Shown: positions 23,404 to 38,600, numbered from the whole stretch's first letter. The stretch: 63,997 nt of DNA, filler included, from Octopus bimaculoides (GCF_001194135.2; 5 parts of 5 records of this genome joined end to end with filler, not necessarily neighbours in it), one strand, 5' to 3'. The notes: generated from the sequence alone by a model not told the origin. Made by a program: numbers and translations.

Positions 23404-24206
23404 TACAAACACCTACGCGCACGCAAGTATAAATTCCTACATTGACATCAAACAAGCAAACATTAACTCCCTCATATAAACATTCATACATTTCGACACT
23501 GCGCAAACATACAAATATAGACACACGCACACTCACACACGCACACGCACACACACACACACGCACACGCACGCATGCACACAGACAGGCACGCACATGC
23601 ACACATACAGACATGCATACACACAGACATACGCATACGCCCGTACATTTACACATGTCAACGCTGTAGAGTCAGTTACATTAAAAACATGTTCATACAC
23701 ACATACGTACACGCATATACACACATAGACACACACGCACACGCACACGCACATGCATACATATACACACGTAGACGCACACGCACGCACACATGCGCGC
23801 GCACATGAACACATTCACATATGCACACATGCATACGCATAAATATACGCATACATTCGCACATTCACACATGCCATACATACACACATACAAACACACA
23901 TACACGCATACACACACTCATTCACACACACAAGCACACACTCATGCATACACACATGCTTAAGAACATTTATGTATGTCAACGCTATACACTTAGTTAC
24001 ATAAAAATACTCACATACGCAGGCACATACATTCACACGTCCGCACACGGGTAAGCACTTTCCCTCTATCTCACACACACACACACACGCATACACACAT
24101 GCGCACACACACATATACACGCATATATAAACTTTTACATCGACACCTAATTTTATCTCTCTGACATAGAGATTTATTAACATCCACACCGCAGAAACAT
24201 ACGCAG

Positions 24207-24239
<33 letters not shown>

Positions 24240-25148
24240 CATACATACATACACACACACATACACACACACATACATACAGACACACACATACATACAC
24301 ACATGCATACACACATACACAAACACACATAGAAACACACACACATACGAGTACATACATACATACATACATACGCACACACACATACAAACATATATAT
24401 ATATATACANNNNNNNNNNNNNNNNNNNNNNNNNNNNNNNNNNNNNNNNNNNNNNNNNNNNNNNNNNNNNNNNNNNNNNNNNNNNNNNNNNNNNNNNNNN
24501 NNNNNNNNNNNNNNNNNNNNNNNNNNNNNNNNNNNNNNNNNNNNNNNNNNNNNNNNNNNNNNNNNNNNNNNNNNNNNNNNNNNNNNNNNNNNNNNNNNNN
24601 NNNNNNNNNNNNNNNNNNNNNNNNNNNNNNNNNNNNNNNNNNNNNNNNNNNNNNNNNNNNNNNNNNNNNNNNNNNNNNNNNNNNNNNNNNNNNNNNNNNN
24701 NNNNNNNNNNNNNNNNNNNNNNNNNNNNNNNNNNNNNNNNNNNNNNNNNNNNNNNNNNNNNNNNNNNNNNNNNNNNNNNNNNNNNNNNNNNNNNNNNNNN
24801 NNNNNNNNNNNNNNNNNNNNNNNNNNNNNNNNNNNNNNNNNNNNNNNNNNNNNNNNNNNNNNNNNNNNNNNNNNNNNNNNNNNNNNNNNNNNNNNNNNNN
24901 NNNNNNNNNNNNNNNNNNNNNNNNNNNNNNNNNNNNNNNNNNNNNNNNNNNNNNNNNNNNNNNNNNNNNNNNNNNNNNNNNNNNNNNNNNNNNNNNNNNN
25001 NNNNNNNNNNNNNNNNNNNNNNNNNNNNNNNNNNNNNNNNNNNNNNNNNNNNNNNNNNNNNNNNNNNNNNNNNNNNNNNNNNNNNNNNNNNNNNNNNNNN
25101 NNNNNNNNNNNNNNNNNNNNNNNNNNNNNNNNATATATAAATATATAA

Positions 25149-25201
<53 letters not shown>

Positions 25202-25560
25202 CATATGTATAGATAGGTAGGTAGATAGATAGACAGATAGATAGATAGATAGAAGCATACATACATGTGAACATTCTTATGTATGTATGTATGCATGTAT
25301 AAGGTGATATGTATACATGAATGAAAATAGCGGTTCACGTAACTTGATAAACTGACAAGAATATGCATTGATAGAGAAGTTTTATATGTTTACAATAGAG
25401 AACTGATACGTAAACAAACATAAGAGTGAAGGATAGATGCATATTTACACACACACGCAGACACATACACCTACACATGCAGGCTCACATCTTGATACAC
25501 ACACAAATACACACACACAAACACATATAGACACGCTTATACATATGTGCAGGTATTAAT
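23100..25560. repeat. (ACAT)n/(AC)n/(AGAC)n microsatellite field with an internal gap
   Basis: Direct reading. Confidence 0.95.
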
Positions 25561-27004
25561 TAATTAATACACACACTCAGAAACACATTACAACGCGTAT
25601 ATTTTAGTATTTTTAATATTTATTTCATGTATTTGTAGAGAATAGCGTCGTTAATTCTTGCTAGGGTATATACCATCGGGGGAAATCTTTCACTTTGATG
25701 CCCCAACCTCTCTTGACCCACCCCCAAACCTATACAGACTGACATTGCAAGCCCAAAACGTACCACCCTTATAAAATCGTCGCACAGGGCAGAGCACACC
25801 CTAAAACCCGTATCTGTGATACTGAGTAAAATTATATTTCTCAACATCCAAAATTATGTCGGTGAAAGTTACTGAAGAGACATTACGATAATACTGACTT
25901 CCTTCATCAGGGAAGAAATCGGCAAAAATGTCTCTATATCACCATTTACTTGTTGGGTATCCATTAATTTTTGTACATTCCGGCTGCTAATTATGAACGT
26001 AAAAACAATTACATAATTCCGACCTTCCAGAAGTAGCTGTCGAGTTAGAAAAACTACGCACTTTCTCTATAGTATACTGTACTTTTATGCTTCATGTAAA
26101 TATAAATTTGTCAATATTTATTAATAGCTATATGCTTGTATATATGTGTTTATCTTCTGAATATATATANNNNNNNNNNNNNNNNNNNNNNNNNNNNNNN
26201 NNNNNNNNNNNNNNNNNNNNNNNNNNNNNNNNNNNNNNNNNNNNNNNNNNNNNNNNNNNNNNNNNNNNNNNNNNNNNNNNNNNNNNNNNNNNNNNNNNNN
26301 NNNNNNNNNNNNNNNNNNNNNNNNNNNNNNNNNNNNNNNNNNNNNNNNNNNNNNNNNNNNNNNNNNNNNNNNNNNNNNNNNNNNNNNNNNNNNNNNNNNN
26401 NNNNNNNNNNNNNNNNNNNNNNNNNNNNNNNNNNNNNNNNNNNNNNNNNNNNNNNNNNNNNNNNNNNNNNNNNNNNNNNNNNNNNNNNNNNNNNNNNNNN
26501 NNNNNNNNNNNNNNNNNNNNNNNNNNNNNNNNNNNNNNNNNNNNNNNNNNNNNNNNNNNNNNNNNNNNNNNNNNNNNNNNNNNNNNNNNNNNNNNNNNNN
26601 NNNNNNNNNNNNNNNNNNNNNNNNNNNNNNNNNNNNNNNNNNNNNNNNNNNNNNNNNNNNNNNNNNNNNNNNNNNNNNNNNNNNNNNNNNNNNNNNNNNN
26701 NNNNNNNNNNNNNNNNNNNNNNNNNNNNNNNNNNNNNNNNNNNNNNNNNNNNNNNNNNNNNNNNNNNNNNNNNNNNNNNNNNNNNNNNNNNNNNNNNNNN
26801 NNNNNNNNNNNNNNNNNNNNNNNNNNNNNNNNNNNNNNNNNNNNNNNNNNNNNNNNNNNNNNNNNNNNNNNNNNNNNNNNNNNNNNNNNNNNNNNNNNNN
26901 NNNNNNNNNNNNNNNNNNNNNNNNNNNNNNNNNNNNNNNNNNNNNNNNNNNNNNNNNNNNNNNNNNNNNNNNNNNNNNNNNNNNNNNNNNNNNNNNNNNN
27001 NNNN

Positions 27005-27044
<40 letters not shown>

Positions 27045-27725
27045 AATAATGTATGTTAATCCTAACTATCGTCGATATACCGGATAGGCTTGGCCTAAAT
27101 TTTTTTTCAACAAAGTTACCGCAGGCTGTTCCTATACTTCCGAAGCTGTGTCTGCACCAATCGTGTTGTAACGAGAATTACCAAATCAAACTCGTAAAAG
27201 GCAAAATTTTCTAGAAGGAAAAAAAAAACGCTATTCATGACTGCAAGAAAATGGCTGACTTTACATTACCACAGAACGGGGCTCAAATTACTTTAAAATA
27301 GTTAGAATTCTTATTGCCTGATGTAAATACGTGCTAGTGGATTGACGTTGACTAAAAATACAAATATTTATAGAATTCTAGTTCCATCAGGAAAACAACC
27401 AAATTGGCAACGTGAAGTAAGATTTACACTTCAACAGTTGCCTACAGCAATACTTCAAGGACTGCCATTTATAAATTTATGATTTCGGTAACTTGCTTGA
27501 TGTTCCCTAAAAGTGTATACTACACTAAATTTGGGAAATATTCTGCTAGTTTCTAATTAATAATTAAAAAAAATAGGTAGAGAGAGAATCTTATCAAATT
27601 ACCGGTTCCACTGCCACGAAAAGCCATAAGAACGAATTAAACATTTTAATGTTAATGACTTCGTTAATTATGGAAATTAATATATCTGAGCAAATAAGGC
27701 ATTTGGTCTTCTTCTTTTATTCGGT

Positions 27726-27845
27726 CATCCTGTTTCATTCACCATCCTGTTTCATTCACTATCCTGTTTCATTCACCATCCTGTTTCATTCACTATCCTG
27801 TTTCATTCACTATCCTGTTTCATTTACTATCCTGTCTCATTTACT
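27726..27845 (+). repeat. 17-bp minisatellite ATCCTGTTTCATTCAC(C/T), about 7 copies
   Basis: Direct reading of tandem units, degenerating at the right end. Confidence 0.9.
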
Positions 27846-28560
27846 CGAAATTATTTCATTCAGTATCGAGCTATCCATTCACTAATTTTTTTTAAAAACT
27901 CTGCTTATTGGGTTACACTATCCAATATATCCTTTTCTTACTTAAGGTATTCAGGAGTAATGTAGACGGAGATATGGTAATTATTTCTAGCAAGGAAATC
28001 CGTCACATAATTGAGTATTTAAGCTGAAGAATGAGAAGATATGTTATTGTCTGATCATATACAATATGAGCCTATGTTTGAACGTACAGCGAAGTTAGTT
28101 CTAATATTGCCTTTAGAACAGAATTCACATAACAGTTTAGTCAGCTCATAACTATCCACTCGTTTTGTTGGAAACGAGTATTGTAAGTTCTTGGCATTCA
28201 TGTTCTTGAGATCAATCACACCCATCACTTGCAAACCAGTATCATATACTAACATGTACGATATTTTTGGTAAATGTTTTAAGGGCTTTTGTAGTCGCAA
28301 GTAAGCACTAGCCACCTTTACTCAGATGAAGACCAATAGTGTGATGGCTAGAGGAAGAGAAGGTTCCATCGGTATTAGACTAGTACTCATTTTCGGCAGA
28401 GTAGACTTAGACTGGAGCAACGTAAGTGAAGTATCTTGCTCAAGAATACAAGCGCCATCTGTGCATCTCATTGAATTTCGGTCGTTGTAACATCGATATT
28501 ATAAAATCAAACATTTACGTTGAAGACTTTTCGAAACATAATAAAAATTCTCTAATGTGC

Positions 28561-29171
28561 AGGAGAGTATTGTAGTTCATTTGAAGCATTGTTTATTGTT
28601 TGTAAAACATAATGCGTCTTGAATGGAACAACAATGCACTATAATAACAACAATAGACTATAATAAATGTTATAATTTAATCATATATAGCCTGGTATAA
28701 TATTTCGGAATACAAAAATTCCTTCTTCAGATATCCCGAGGAATTGATCGAGGCACTGCTATAATCGGTTTTCCAACGGTTTTGTTTTCCGAAAGCGTCT
28801 CTGCAGTGGTCTCACAAAGTTCCTTCCGGAATTTCTCATGAGAAGTGCGTGAGGGCGGCCTTTAGAAAGTTTATTTGGCATCCGATTTTAGCACGTTTCT
28901 CTGATAGCTCGCTAGCGGTTGCGAACTTGGCCTGAGATATAAGAGAGTACTGTAGTTCGCTTGAAGCATTGTGTACTGTTTGTAATGTGTCTTGAAACCA
29001 CTGCAGAGACGCTTCTGGGAAAAAAAAAACAGGAAAACCGATTATAGCAGTAACTCGATCAGTTAGTAGGGATACCTGAAGAAGGAATTTTTGTATTCCA
29101 AAATATTTTATCAGACTTTGGATGATTAAATCATAACAGTTATTATAGTGCATTGTTGTACCATTCAAGAC
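28561..29171. repeat. Local inverted duplication (~190-bp arms) with an overlapping short direct repeat
   Basis: 28616-28810 is the reverse complement of 28997-29171 (e.g. GGAATACAAAAATTCCTTCTTCAG / CTGAAGAAGGAATTTTTGTATTCC). 28561-28623 is directly repeated at 28941-28996. Confidence 0.9.
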
Positions 29172-29269
29172 ATATTATATTCTTTAAGTGCAACTTTACT
29201 TTTAATCTAGCAGGAATCAATAATATTTTTCTTTCTAGTTATGACACAAATAATCAGTTTTAAGGTGAA

Positions 29270-29445
29270 AGGTATAGTCAAGTACATCGACCCCAGTGCT
29301 CAGCTGGTATGTATTTTATTGACTCTGGAATGATTGAGAGGCGACATCAACCGCGGCGGCATTTCAATTCAAAAACATAAAGGACCTGAAGAAATATCGA
29401 GAAGCATTTTTCCGGCGCGGTAACGAATTCTGCCAGTTCTCTGGA
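29270..29445 (-). mobile_element. SINE family B, diverged copy
   Basis: Reverse complement GAACTGGCAGAATTCGTTACCGCGCCGGAAAAATGC..ACCAGCTGAGCACTGGGGTCGAT aligns to 38601. Confidence 0.7.
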
Positions 29446-30150
29446 ATCGATAAATACCAGTGATATACTGGGAGACATTCGAAGCTTCGATACTCCTGTC
29501 TTACAAATGTGACTACTCAATCCTGTGTTACAAATTACTATTATGGACACTATCGTATTGCAGAAATCAGGCTTTTCTAACTCACTTCTGTCACATTCCA
29601 GGTAATGGTCAGAGTTAATTTCCTTTCTAGGTTTGCTTCAATTGCAGTTAGACCTCATAACAGAAACCCAGGGGTATATTATGTAGAAACTACTGCAATC
29701 GAGAGATGTCAAGCGTTTCAACAGCGATGTAATATAATATATAATATTTTAATATATATTATAAAAGAATTGACAATACAAAGTTTAGAAAATTGCGATG
29801 CGCAGCAGTTCCTCCATTATATGGCCAGTTGTGCTTGAAGTGTTTAAAATGTGATTTATAAATCCATGTATAAAAATGGACGCTTCAGAAGCCACTCAGT
29901 AGTTTACATTCTGTTTCTTATGCTATAAATTAGAATATAGTACAGAATCCCATCGTACATTAATCATTTACTCATACTTAACTCATTCTCTTCGGCACTC
30001 GGCATTGCTAACATTCCTCCTTTTCGTAATTTTCCCTTAAAATAGACTATGCAACAGGTTCCTTTTCACTGTTAATCAGAGACATTGCAAGGGAATACCA
30101 TAGACTCAACAATAGCCTGGTTAACAGAAATTAAAATCATTCGCTTAGAC

Positions 30151-30380
30151 CACTGTTTCTCAACCATTTTTTTTTTTTACCTATGGACCCATTCGATTCC
30201 TATTTTATTCGTATGGAAGCCACCCAAGTCATTCGATGTTTTAAAATTCGTATTATATTTTACATATAATTAGGAATTGTGTAAAAAAAAATGTTAAAAC
30301 ATTTTGTGTGTTGTAAAAGTATAACCAATTTATCGCAGATACGTTTTAACAACAAAATCTTATGTGGACCTCAAAGGCCG
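30151..30380 (+). mobile_element. hAT/Charlie-like MITE, left part
   Basis: Begins CACTGTTTCTCAACC (Charlie-type CAGTGNTTCTCAAC terminus); no matching right TIR found. Confidence 0.5.
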
Positions 30381-31391
30381 TGCTTGTGTGAGTTTGATTT
30401 TTATATGAGTTTGTTTTTACAATCGAAGGAAAGACTATAGTGTGTACGCTTTATTTGAAGCTGAATTTTAATGCATCATAATCGTGAATCAGACATTTCT
30501 GTGTGTTTGACTGATTGGTGAAGAGTTGCAGCGTGACAATATATAAGAAAAAATACACGAAGATACATCGAGATGTGATGGTTCAGAGTAGTTCGAGATT
30601 CAACTGTTTGTCAATAAAATCGTTCGAGAATGCCTCTCAGTTTCTGACGCGCGAATATAAGAGTGTTGAATGAAAGAGTTGATGCGATTTTATCTTCTTT
30701 TTAATTTTTTTTTTTTTTTGTTGAAAGATTATTTTTTAGCAGCGAATGAAAACTTGATGAACAGTAAAACAATACTATCAGAATATGATTACTAATATAT
30801 TTGCTTTGCTGCATGCATTTGAGAACAGATTGACTTAGCTCCGCATCACTTAAAGTTTCGTGAGGGTATGTAGGTTACATGTACCTCGTCAGAATTTTTG
30901 CAGACAGAAGTTGACATGACCTACGTCCCCGACTCTTAATGTTACGTGAAGCTAAGCTAAACTGTTGTTAAATATAAATACGCACATATACAGATATACA
31001 TGCATGCATACACACACATGTATGCATGTATGTATGTATGTATGTATGTATGTATGTATGCATGTATGTATGTATCCAAACGCCCCTGTTTATACTAACG
31101 GGAATAAAAAAAACATTTAATACACTAACGCACTAAAGAGTGATGACAAAATATCAAAATCCCAGTTGTTTACTTCGAGATTGTTACTGAAAACAATTTT
31201 TCATTTTTACGTACACACACGTGTGTGTGTGTGTATACATACATACATATATACGTTTACCGATTCTGCTCACAAAACTTTCATGTACAATAGAAAGCAC
31301 TGTACAAGGTGCCATGCTGTGGGACTGAACCCAACGCAGCACATGTTTTGGAAACAAACGTCTTATCACATAAGAACGCCCCGCGCCGCTG

Positions 31392-31442
<51 letters not shown>

Positions 31443-31946
31443 CACTCTCTCTCACTCTCTCTCACTCTCTCTCTTTCTCTCTCTCNNNNNNNNNNNNNNN
31501 NNNNNNNNNNNNNNNNNNNNNNNNNNNNNTTAATTAATTAANNNNNNNNNNNNNNNNNNNNNNNNNNNNNNNNNNNNNNNNNNNNTATATATATATATAT
31601 TTGAAATTTATAGAAAAACAGAAGTCGAAGACAGGTGTATGAATAACAAGGAAGTGTTTTAGTTTGACGCTCGGCTAAAAAAACATATGTATGTATGTAT
31701 ACGTGTGTGTATGTATGTGTGTGTATGTGTTTGTGTGTGTGTGTGTGTGTGTGTGCGTACGTGTCTGTGTGCGCCTGCGTGCACTCATAAAATATCTGAC
31801 TAAATGAATTCACAGATCGACGCGACCAAAATTTGTAAATACCGATTAAACGGATGGCCGGGTATATTGCATATATACATACAAATCTACACACACACAC
31901 ACACATATATACACTTATATTCGTTCTATATACGAATAGGCATGTT

Positions 31947-31995
<49 letters not shown>

Positions 31996-32467
31996 AGCAA
32001 CAGGGTGACTCAAAGGGAATTAGTTTCGTGCGCTAGCACTTAGCAAGCTAGCTTCCTAAGTGCTAACCCTCCCCCCCCCCACACACACACGTTTATGTGT
32101 GTATATATATACATGTGTGTATGTGTATGTGTGTGCGTGTGCATGTATGTGTGTCTGTGTGTGCGTGAGCGCATGCATGTATGTGTGTGTGCGTGCGCGA
32201 GTGCATGTATGTGTGTGTGTGTTTGTTTATGTAAGCTTCTACATGAGGCCACATCTGATTTTTACAAGGAATAGTTTAGCAGTGACTTCGAAGTTTCGAC
32301 CTATTGAGTGACGTAGGATCACGGCTAGTAAGGCGGTACTTCGAGGTTACACTCAACCTTTTTTCTGTCTAAAAATTAAAAAAAACTTTGTATTCACACA
32401 CACACACACACACACAATGCACGCGCGCATACACGTATATATACATATATATATATATATATATAAT

Positions 32468-32528
<61 letters not shown>

Positions 32529-33490
32529 NNNNNNNNNNNNNNNNNNNNNNNNNNNNNNNNNNNNNNNNNNNNNNNNNNNNNNNNNNNNNNNNNNNNNNNN
32601 NNNNNNNNNNNNNNNNNNNNNNNNNNNNNNNNNNNNNNNNNNNNNNNNNNNNNNNNNNNNNNNNNNNNNNNNNNNNNNNNNNNNNNNNNNNNNNNNNNNN
32701 NNNNNNNNNNNNNNNNNNNNNNNNNNNNNNNNNNNNNNNNNNNNNNNNNNNNNNNNNNNNNNNNNNNNNNNNNNNNNNNNNNNNNNNNNNNNNNNNNNNN
32801 NNNNNNNNNNNNNNNNNNNNNNNNNNNNNNNNNNNNNNNNNNNNNNNNNNNNNNNNNNNNNNNNNNNNNNNNNNNNNNNNNNNNNNNNNNNNNNNNNNNN
32901 NNNNNNNNNNNNNNNNNNNNNNNNNNNNNNNNNNNNNNNNNNNNNNNNNNNNNNNNNNNNNNNNNNNNNNNNNNNNNNNNNNNNNNNNNNNNNNNNNNNN
33001 NNNNNNNNNNNNNNNNNNNNNNNNNNNNNNNNNNNNNNNNNNNNNNNNNNNNNNNNNNNNNNNNNNNNNNNNNNNNNNNNNNNNNNNNNNNNNNNNNNNN
33101 NNNNNNNNNNNNNNNNNNNNNNNNNNNNNNNNNNNNNNNNNNNNNNNNNNNNNNNNNNNNNNNNNNNNNNNNNNNNNNNNNNNNNNNNNNNNNNNNNNNN
33201 NNNNNNNNNNNNNNNNNNNNNNNNNNNNNNNNNNNNNNNNNNNNNNNNNNNNNNNNNNNNNNNNNNNNNNNNNNNNNNNNNNNNNNNNNNNNNNNNNNNN
33301 NNNNNNNNNNNNNNNNNNNNNNNNNNNNNNNNNNNNNNNNNNNNNNNNNNNNNNNNNNNNNNNNNNNNNNNNNNNNNNNNNNNNNNNNNNNNNNNNNNNN
33401 NNNNNNNNNNNNNNNNNNNNNNNNNNNNNNNNNNNNNNNNNNNNNNNNNNNNTATATATATATACATATATATATTGTATATGTGAAGAT

Positions 33491-33529
<39 letters not shown>

Positions 33530-34547
33530 TAGATAGATACATAAAGAGAGAAAGAGAGAGATAAATACACAGATAGATAGACAGACAAAGACAAATGGAT
33601 AGACAGAGAGACAGAGAGACAGACAGACAAACAGGTAGACAGATAGACATGTACACTTGTTGATATATATTTGCATAAACCTATAACATGAGAGTGTATC
33701 GTTTGTGTATAATGTATTGAGGTGAGTTATCTGTGTCTGAATAAATTCGGGAAAATAGGTCTGCAATATTTGTTCCAAATTTTTACATTGCAAGTTCGAA
33801 CCTTGCCGTTGTCAGCTTTGGCTGTCATTGTGTCCCGGGTCTATGAAATAAAATATGCGTTACTGAAATAGAATGTGTCGATCAAAAGAGCGCCCCCGCT
33901 CCCTACAAACTTGCTGGCCTTGTGTCTTGAAACAGAGAAAACCATTACCTGAAGAGGAAACGCTGTTCGCCATTTCCATTCGCCAGGAACTGACAGATAG
34001 ATTAATGCTTACACAAGATGTCCGACTGTGTTTGTGAGTTCGAAGAGTGATACTTAGCCAGCCGATCAGTGGTGGATGGTTGTTTTATGGGGCTCAACAT
34101 CTCAGCATTGTAGGGTTTAGAAACGTAACCCGAACTATTTCCAATTTGAGAATATCAAACACACCCCAAACGTTTTAGAATTTAAAATACGTACACCCAA
34201 AAGTACATACACCCCCCAAAAATACATTCGCAGACATTTGAGGGTTCAGAAATTACAGTTATTCTCCTCTCCCTCGTCCCAAAATACCTTAACTGTAAAA
34301 GTACCAGTAATATCTGAGGCGAATACATGCAGATGGGGCACTTTTGCATATTCATATGCATATATTATGTACGTTGTATGTGCGTGCATGTGCATGTTTG
34401 TACGTGTGTGCGTGTGCGTGCACGCGCGCATTTGTGTGTGTATGTGTGTGTGCGCGCGTGGTTTTAAACATATATGTATATATGTTTATTCGTATCTATT
34501 TTATAATTATCCCTTTATATTTAGACATGCTAAAATACATACACCCA

Positions 34548-34583
<36 letters not shown>

Positions 34584-34593
34584 TTAAATGCAT

Positions 34594-34648
<55 letters not shown>

Positions 34649-34651
34649 AAA

Positions 34652-34684
<33 letters not shown>

Positions 34685-35476
34685 NNNNNNNNNNNNNNNN
34701 NNNNNNNNNNNNNNNNNNNNNNNNNNNNNNNNNNNNNNNNNNNNNNNNNNNNNNNNNNNNNNNNNNNNNNNNNNNNNNNNNNNNNNNNNNNNNNNNNNNN
34801 NNNNNNNNNNNNNNNNNNNNNNNNNNNNNNNNNNNNNNNNNNNNNNNNNNNNNNNNNNNNNNNNNNNNNNNNNNNNNNNNNNNNNNNNNNNNNNNNNNNN
34901 NNNNNNNNNNNNNNNNNNNNNNNNNNNNNNNNNNNNNNNNNNNNNNNNNNNNNNNNNNNNNNNNNNNNNNNNNNNNNNNNNNNNNNNNNNNNNNNNNNNN
35001 NNNNNNNNNNNNNNNNNNNNNNNNNNNNNNNNNNNNNNNNNNNNNNNNNNNNNNNNNNNNNNNNNNNNNNNNNNNNNNNNNNNNNNNNNNNNNNNNNNNN
35101 NNNNNNNNNNNNNNNNNNNNNNNNNNNNNNNNNNNNNNNNNNNNNNNNNNNNNNNNNNNNNNNNNNNNNNNNNNNNNNNNNNNNNNNNNNNNNNNNNNNN
35201 NNNNNNNNNNNNNNNNNNNNNNNNNNNNNNNNNNNNNNNNNNNNNNNNNNNNNNNNNNNNNNNNNNNNNNNNNNNNNNNNNNNNNNNNNNNNNNNNNNNN
35301 NNNNNNNNNNNNNNNNNNNNNNNNNNNNNNNNNNNNNNNNNNNNNNNNNNNNNNNNNNNNNNNNNNNNNNNNNNNNNNNNNNNNNNNNNNNNNNNNNNNN
35401 NNNNNNNNNNNNNNNNNNNNNNNNNNNNNNNNNNNNNNNNNNNNNNNNNNNNNNNNNNNNNNNNNNNNNNNNNNNN

Positions 35477-35517
<41 letters not shown>

Positions 35518-36058
35518 TGTGTGTGTGTGTGTATGTGTGTGTGTGCGTGTGTACATGTGTGTATACATGTACATGTGTGTATGCATGTACATACATGTGC
35601 ATATATTCATACGTATATATATACATACGTGTATATATATGTAGATATATATATATATTTGTGTGTGTATATATGTATGTATAAGTGTATGTATGTATAT
35701 GTATGTATGTACGTATGTATTGATGTATGTATATGTACATACATATATTTATACATGCATGTGTATGTGAATGTATCCATATATATATGTCTATTTAGGA
35801 GTTTAGATCCCATATACAATATGGAATGTCCAGGATTCGATAGTGTTCTATTACTGTTTGGGGGCAGAAATATACGCTAATATGTCTTCATCAAGAAGAT
35901 GAGAACACGAAATTCTAAGGATCGTAATATAAGATTTTAGAACCTAATACTTCTGTAACAAACGGAAAAGAAATTATACGAGATTAATTTCAAAGATATT
36001 TGTACTATATACTATATATTTACATATATATGTCATTATATACGTGTGTGTGTACGTG

Positions 36059-36107
<49 letters not shown>

Positions 36108-36208
36108 ATATGTATATATATGTGTGTGTATGTATATATATATGTATTTATGTGTGTGTGTATATATATATATATGTATATGTGTGTTTATGTATGTATA
36201 TACATATG

Positions 36209-36243
<35 letters not shown>

Positions 36244-36295
36244 ATGTGTATGTATGTATTATATATATATGTGAATATATGTATATATACATGTT

Positions 36296-36339
<44 letters not shown>

Positions 36340-36989
36340 GGTCTGTATGTATATACATTTATATATTCATGAATGCTTTATATATGTACCTATATATGCT
36401 TATACATACATTAATATATGTATTTATGTATGTATGTATGTATGTATGTGTATGTATGTATTTATATATGTATATGTGTGTTTGTACGTATCTATATATA
36501 AATATATGTATGCATATATGTATGTAGGCGTACAGGGAACATTTGAGGCTAACTTTTCAAGCCAACATGTTAAGTTGAATTAGAATAAACTGCACCAAAT
36601 GCGTTTAGTATAGTATGTGTACATAGTAGTTCGGCAAAGATATCGATAAAATAAGTCCCAGACTTTAAAAACAAAATAAGTACTGGGGTCGATTCATTCA
36701 ACAAGGACTTCTTCGTGACGGTGCTCCAGAATGGCCGCTGTTTGGTGATTGAAACAAGTAAAAGGTAAAAGATACATACATACATACATACATACGTACG
36801 TACGTACGCACACACGTACGCACGCACACACACACACACACATACACACACACACACACATGTGGATCTGAGTCATTATATCCGATCTTGAGCTCTTGAG
36901 TTTTTATCTGTTCGAAAAGTTGAAGTACCCGGGGTATTTGAACTTAGAGTCTAACTAAGTGAATATCTTCAAACGGGTTCATTATGAGA

Positions 36990-37180
36990 TGGCTGAACTT
37001 TTAAGTCTCAGGGCCGATCCACAGGCGGGCTTCCACATAGTTTCCGCCAACGCGGTACCTCCATAACTGATGGGTCGATTCATAGCTCCATTGAAATCAA
37101 CAACAGAGAACGCCACTCATTAGGATCGAACCCTCAAGCTAGTGACTGGGGATTGAACTTCTTAACCACTCGGCCAAACT
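36990..37180 (-). mobile_element. Old tRNA-derived SINE related to family A
   Basis: Minus strand has A box TGGCCGAGTGG and B box GGTTCGATCC, followed by GGAAACTATGTGGAAGCCCG (cf. family A GGAAACTGAAAGAAGCCCG). Confidence 0.6.
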
Positions 37181-38025
37181 GAGTGTGCATCTATACGCAT
37201 ATATACATTTTTTGTGCATGAATGTGTGTACGTGCATGAATATACTTGTACGTATGTATGCGTGTATGTATGAATGTATTTATGCATGTATGAATGTATG
37301 TATGGGTGTATATATGCATGCATGTATGTATGTGTGTATGTATGCATGTATGAATGAATGTATGTACGTACGTATGCATGTATGCATATGTGCATGTATG
37401 AATGTATGTATGTGTGTATGTATGCATTTATAAATGTATGTATGTATTCATGCTGAGAGAACGAGAGAGAGAGAGAGAGAGAGATGATGATGATTTCGAT
37501 TCGACTTAATTCTATTTCTCATCGATGAGATTTCATCTTCGATTAACAGACTTCATTTTTCTTTTTTCTTTTTGTGTAGGTGTTTATATTGACTCTGATG
37601 AGTTTTGATCCCTGGACAGTGATGTAAACAATCGATGATGAAACATGTATTAACCATCTTCTAGCACAATTTCATCTCTATTCTGTCCCCTTCTATCGTT
37701 TAACCCCAGGTCATTTTTCATCATATACATCTAGGATCCCATATTTCGTATGTATAACAAGAGCTATAACAATTAAAGTGTTCTATGTGCGAGATGACAG
37801 CGAACTGGTATTTCTGGACTGGTATTTCTAGCTTTTCAGATGACCACGTAGGGCCTTTCACGTATGTGTTATGCTTTCATATAAATATAGCACGTGCTGG
37901 TAAGGCAAATACACAAACAGATATGTGTCGTGGGCGAGTGGATGTGGACATGATAAATAAACATACATACATTGTTTGTCGGGTAGATAGCGGATATGGG
38001 TATGGCTAGAGATAGACAGACAGAC

Positions 38026-38105
<80 letters not shown>

Positions 38106-38262
38106 GGACAGACAGACAGACAGACGGACGGACGGGTAGATAGGTAGGTAGGTTGATGGATGGATGGATGGATGGATAGAGACAGACAGACTGACAGACA
38201 GACGGACGGACGGATAAATGGATGGATGGATGGATGGATAGATAGATAGATAAATAGATAGA

Positions 38263-38293
<31 letters not shown>

Positions 38294-38600
38294 TCAGACA
38301 GACATGCAGACAGACAGACAGACAGACGGACAGACAAATGCACACACACACACACACTTTTAGGCAATCTGACGCACATTTAGATAGATCCAAAATGAAG
38401 GCTTTTTACACGCGCATATTACGAACGCATTCTCCCTCTGTATCTTACTCAGACGCGCGCGCGCACAGCACAAGTGCGCCAACCGATGAGCCCCGCCAGA
38501 CATACAACATATGGAGAAAGAGAGAGAGAAAGTCAGACAAACATAATGTTGCACAACACATACACAGGTCTTTCATCTTTAATATTTTATTTTAATAAAA

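Noticed and set aside
27726-27845. Regularly spaced repeat as a CRISPR-like array
   Set aside because: Units are directly abutting with no unique spacers, the context is eukaryotic, and there are no cas genes.
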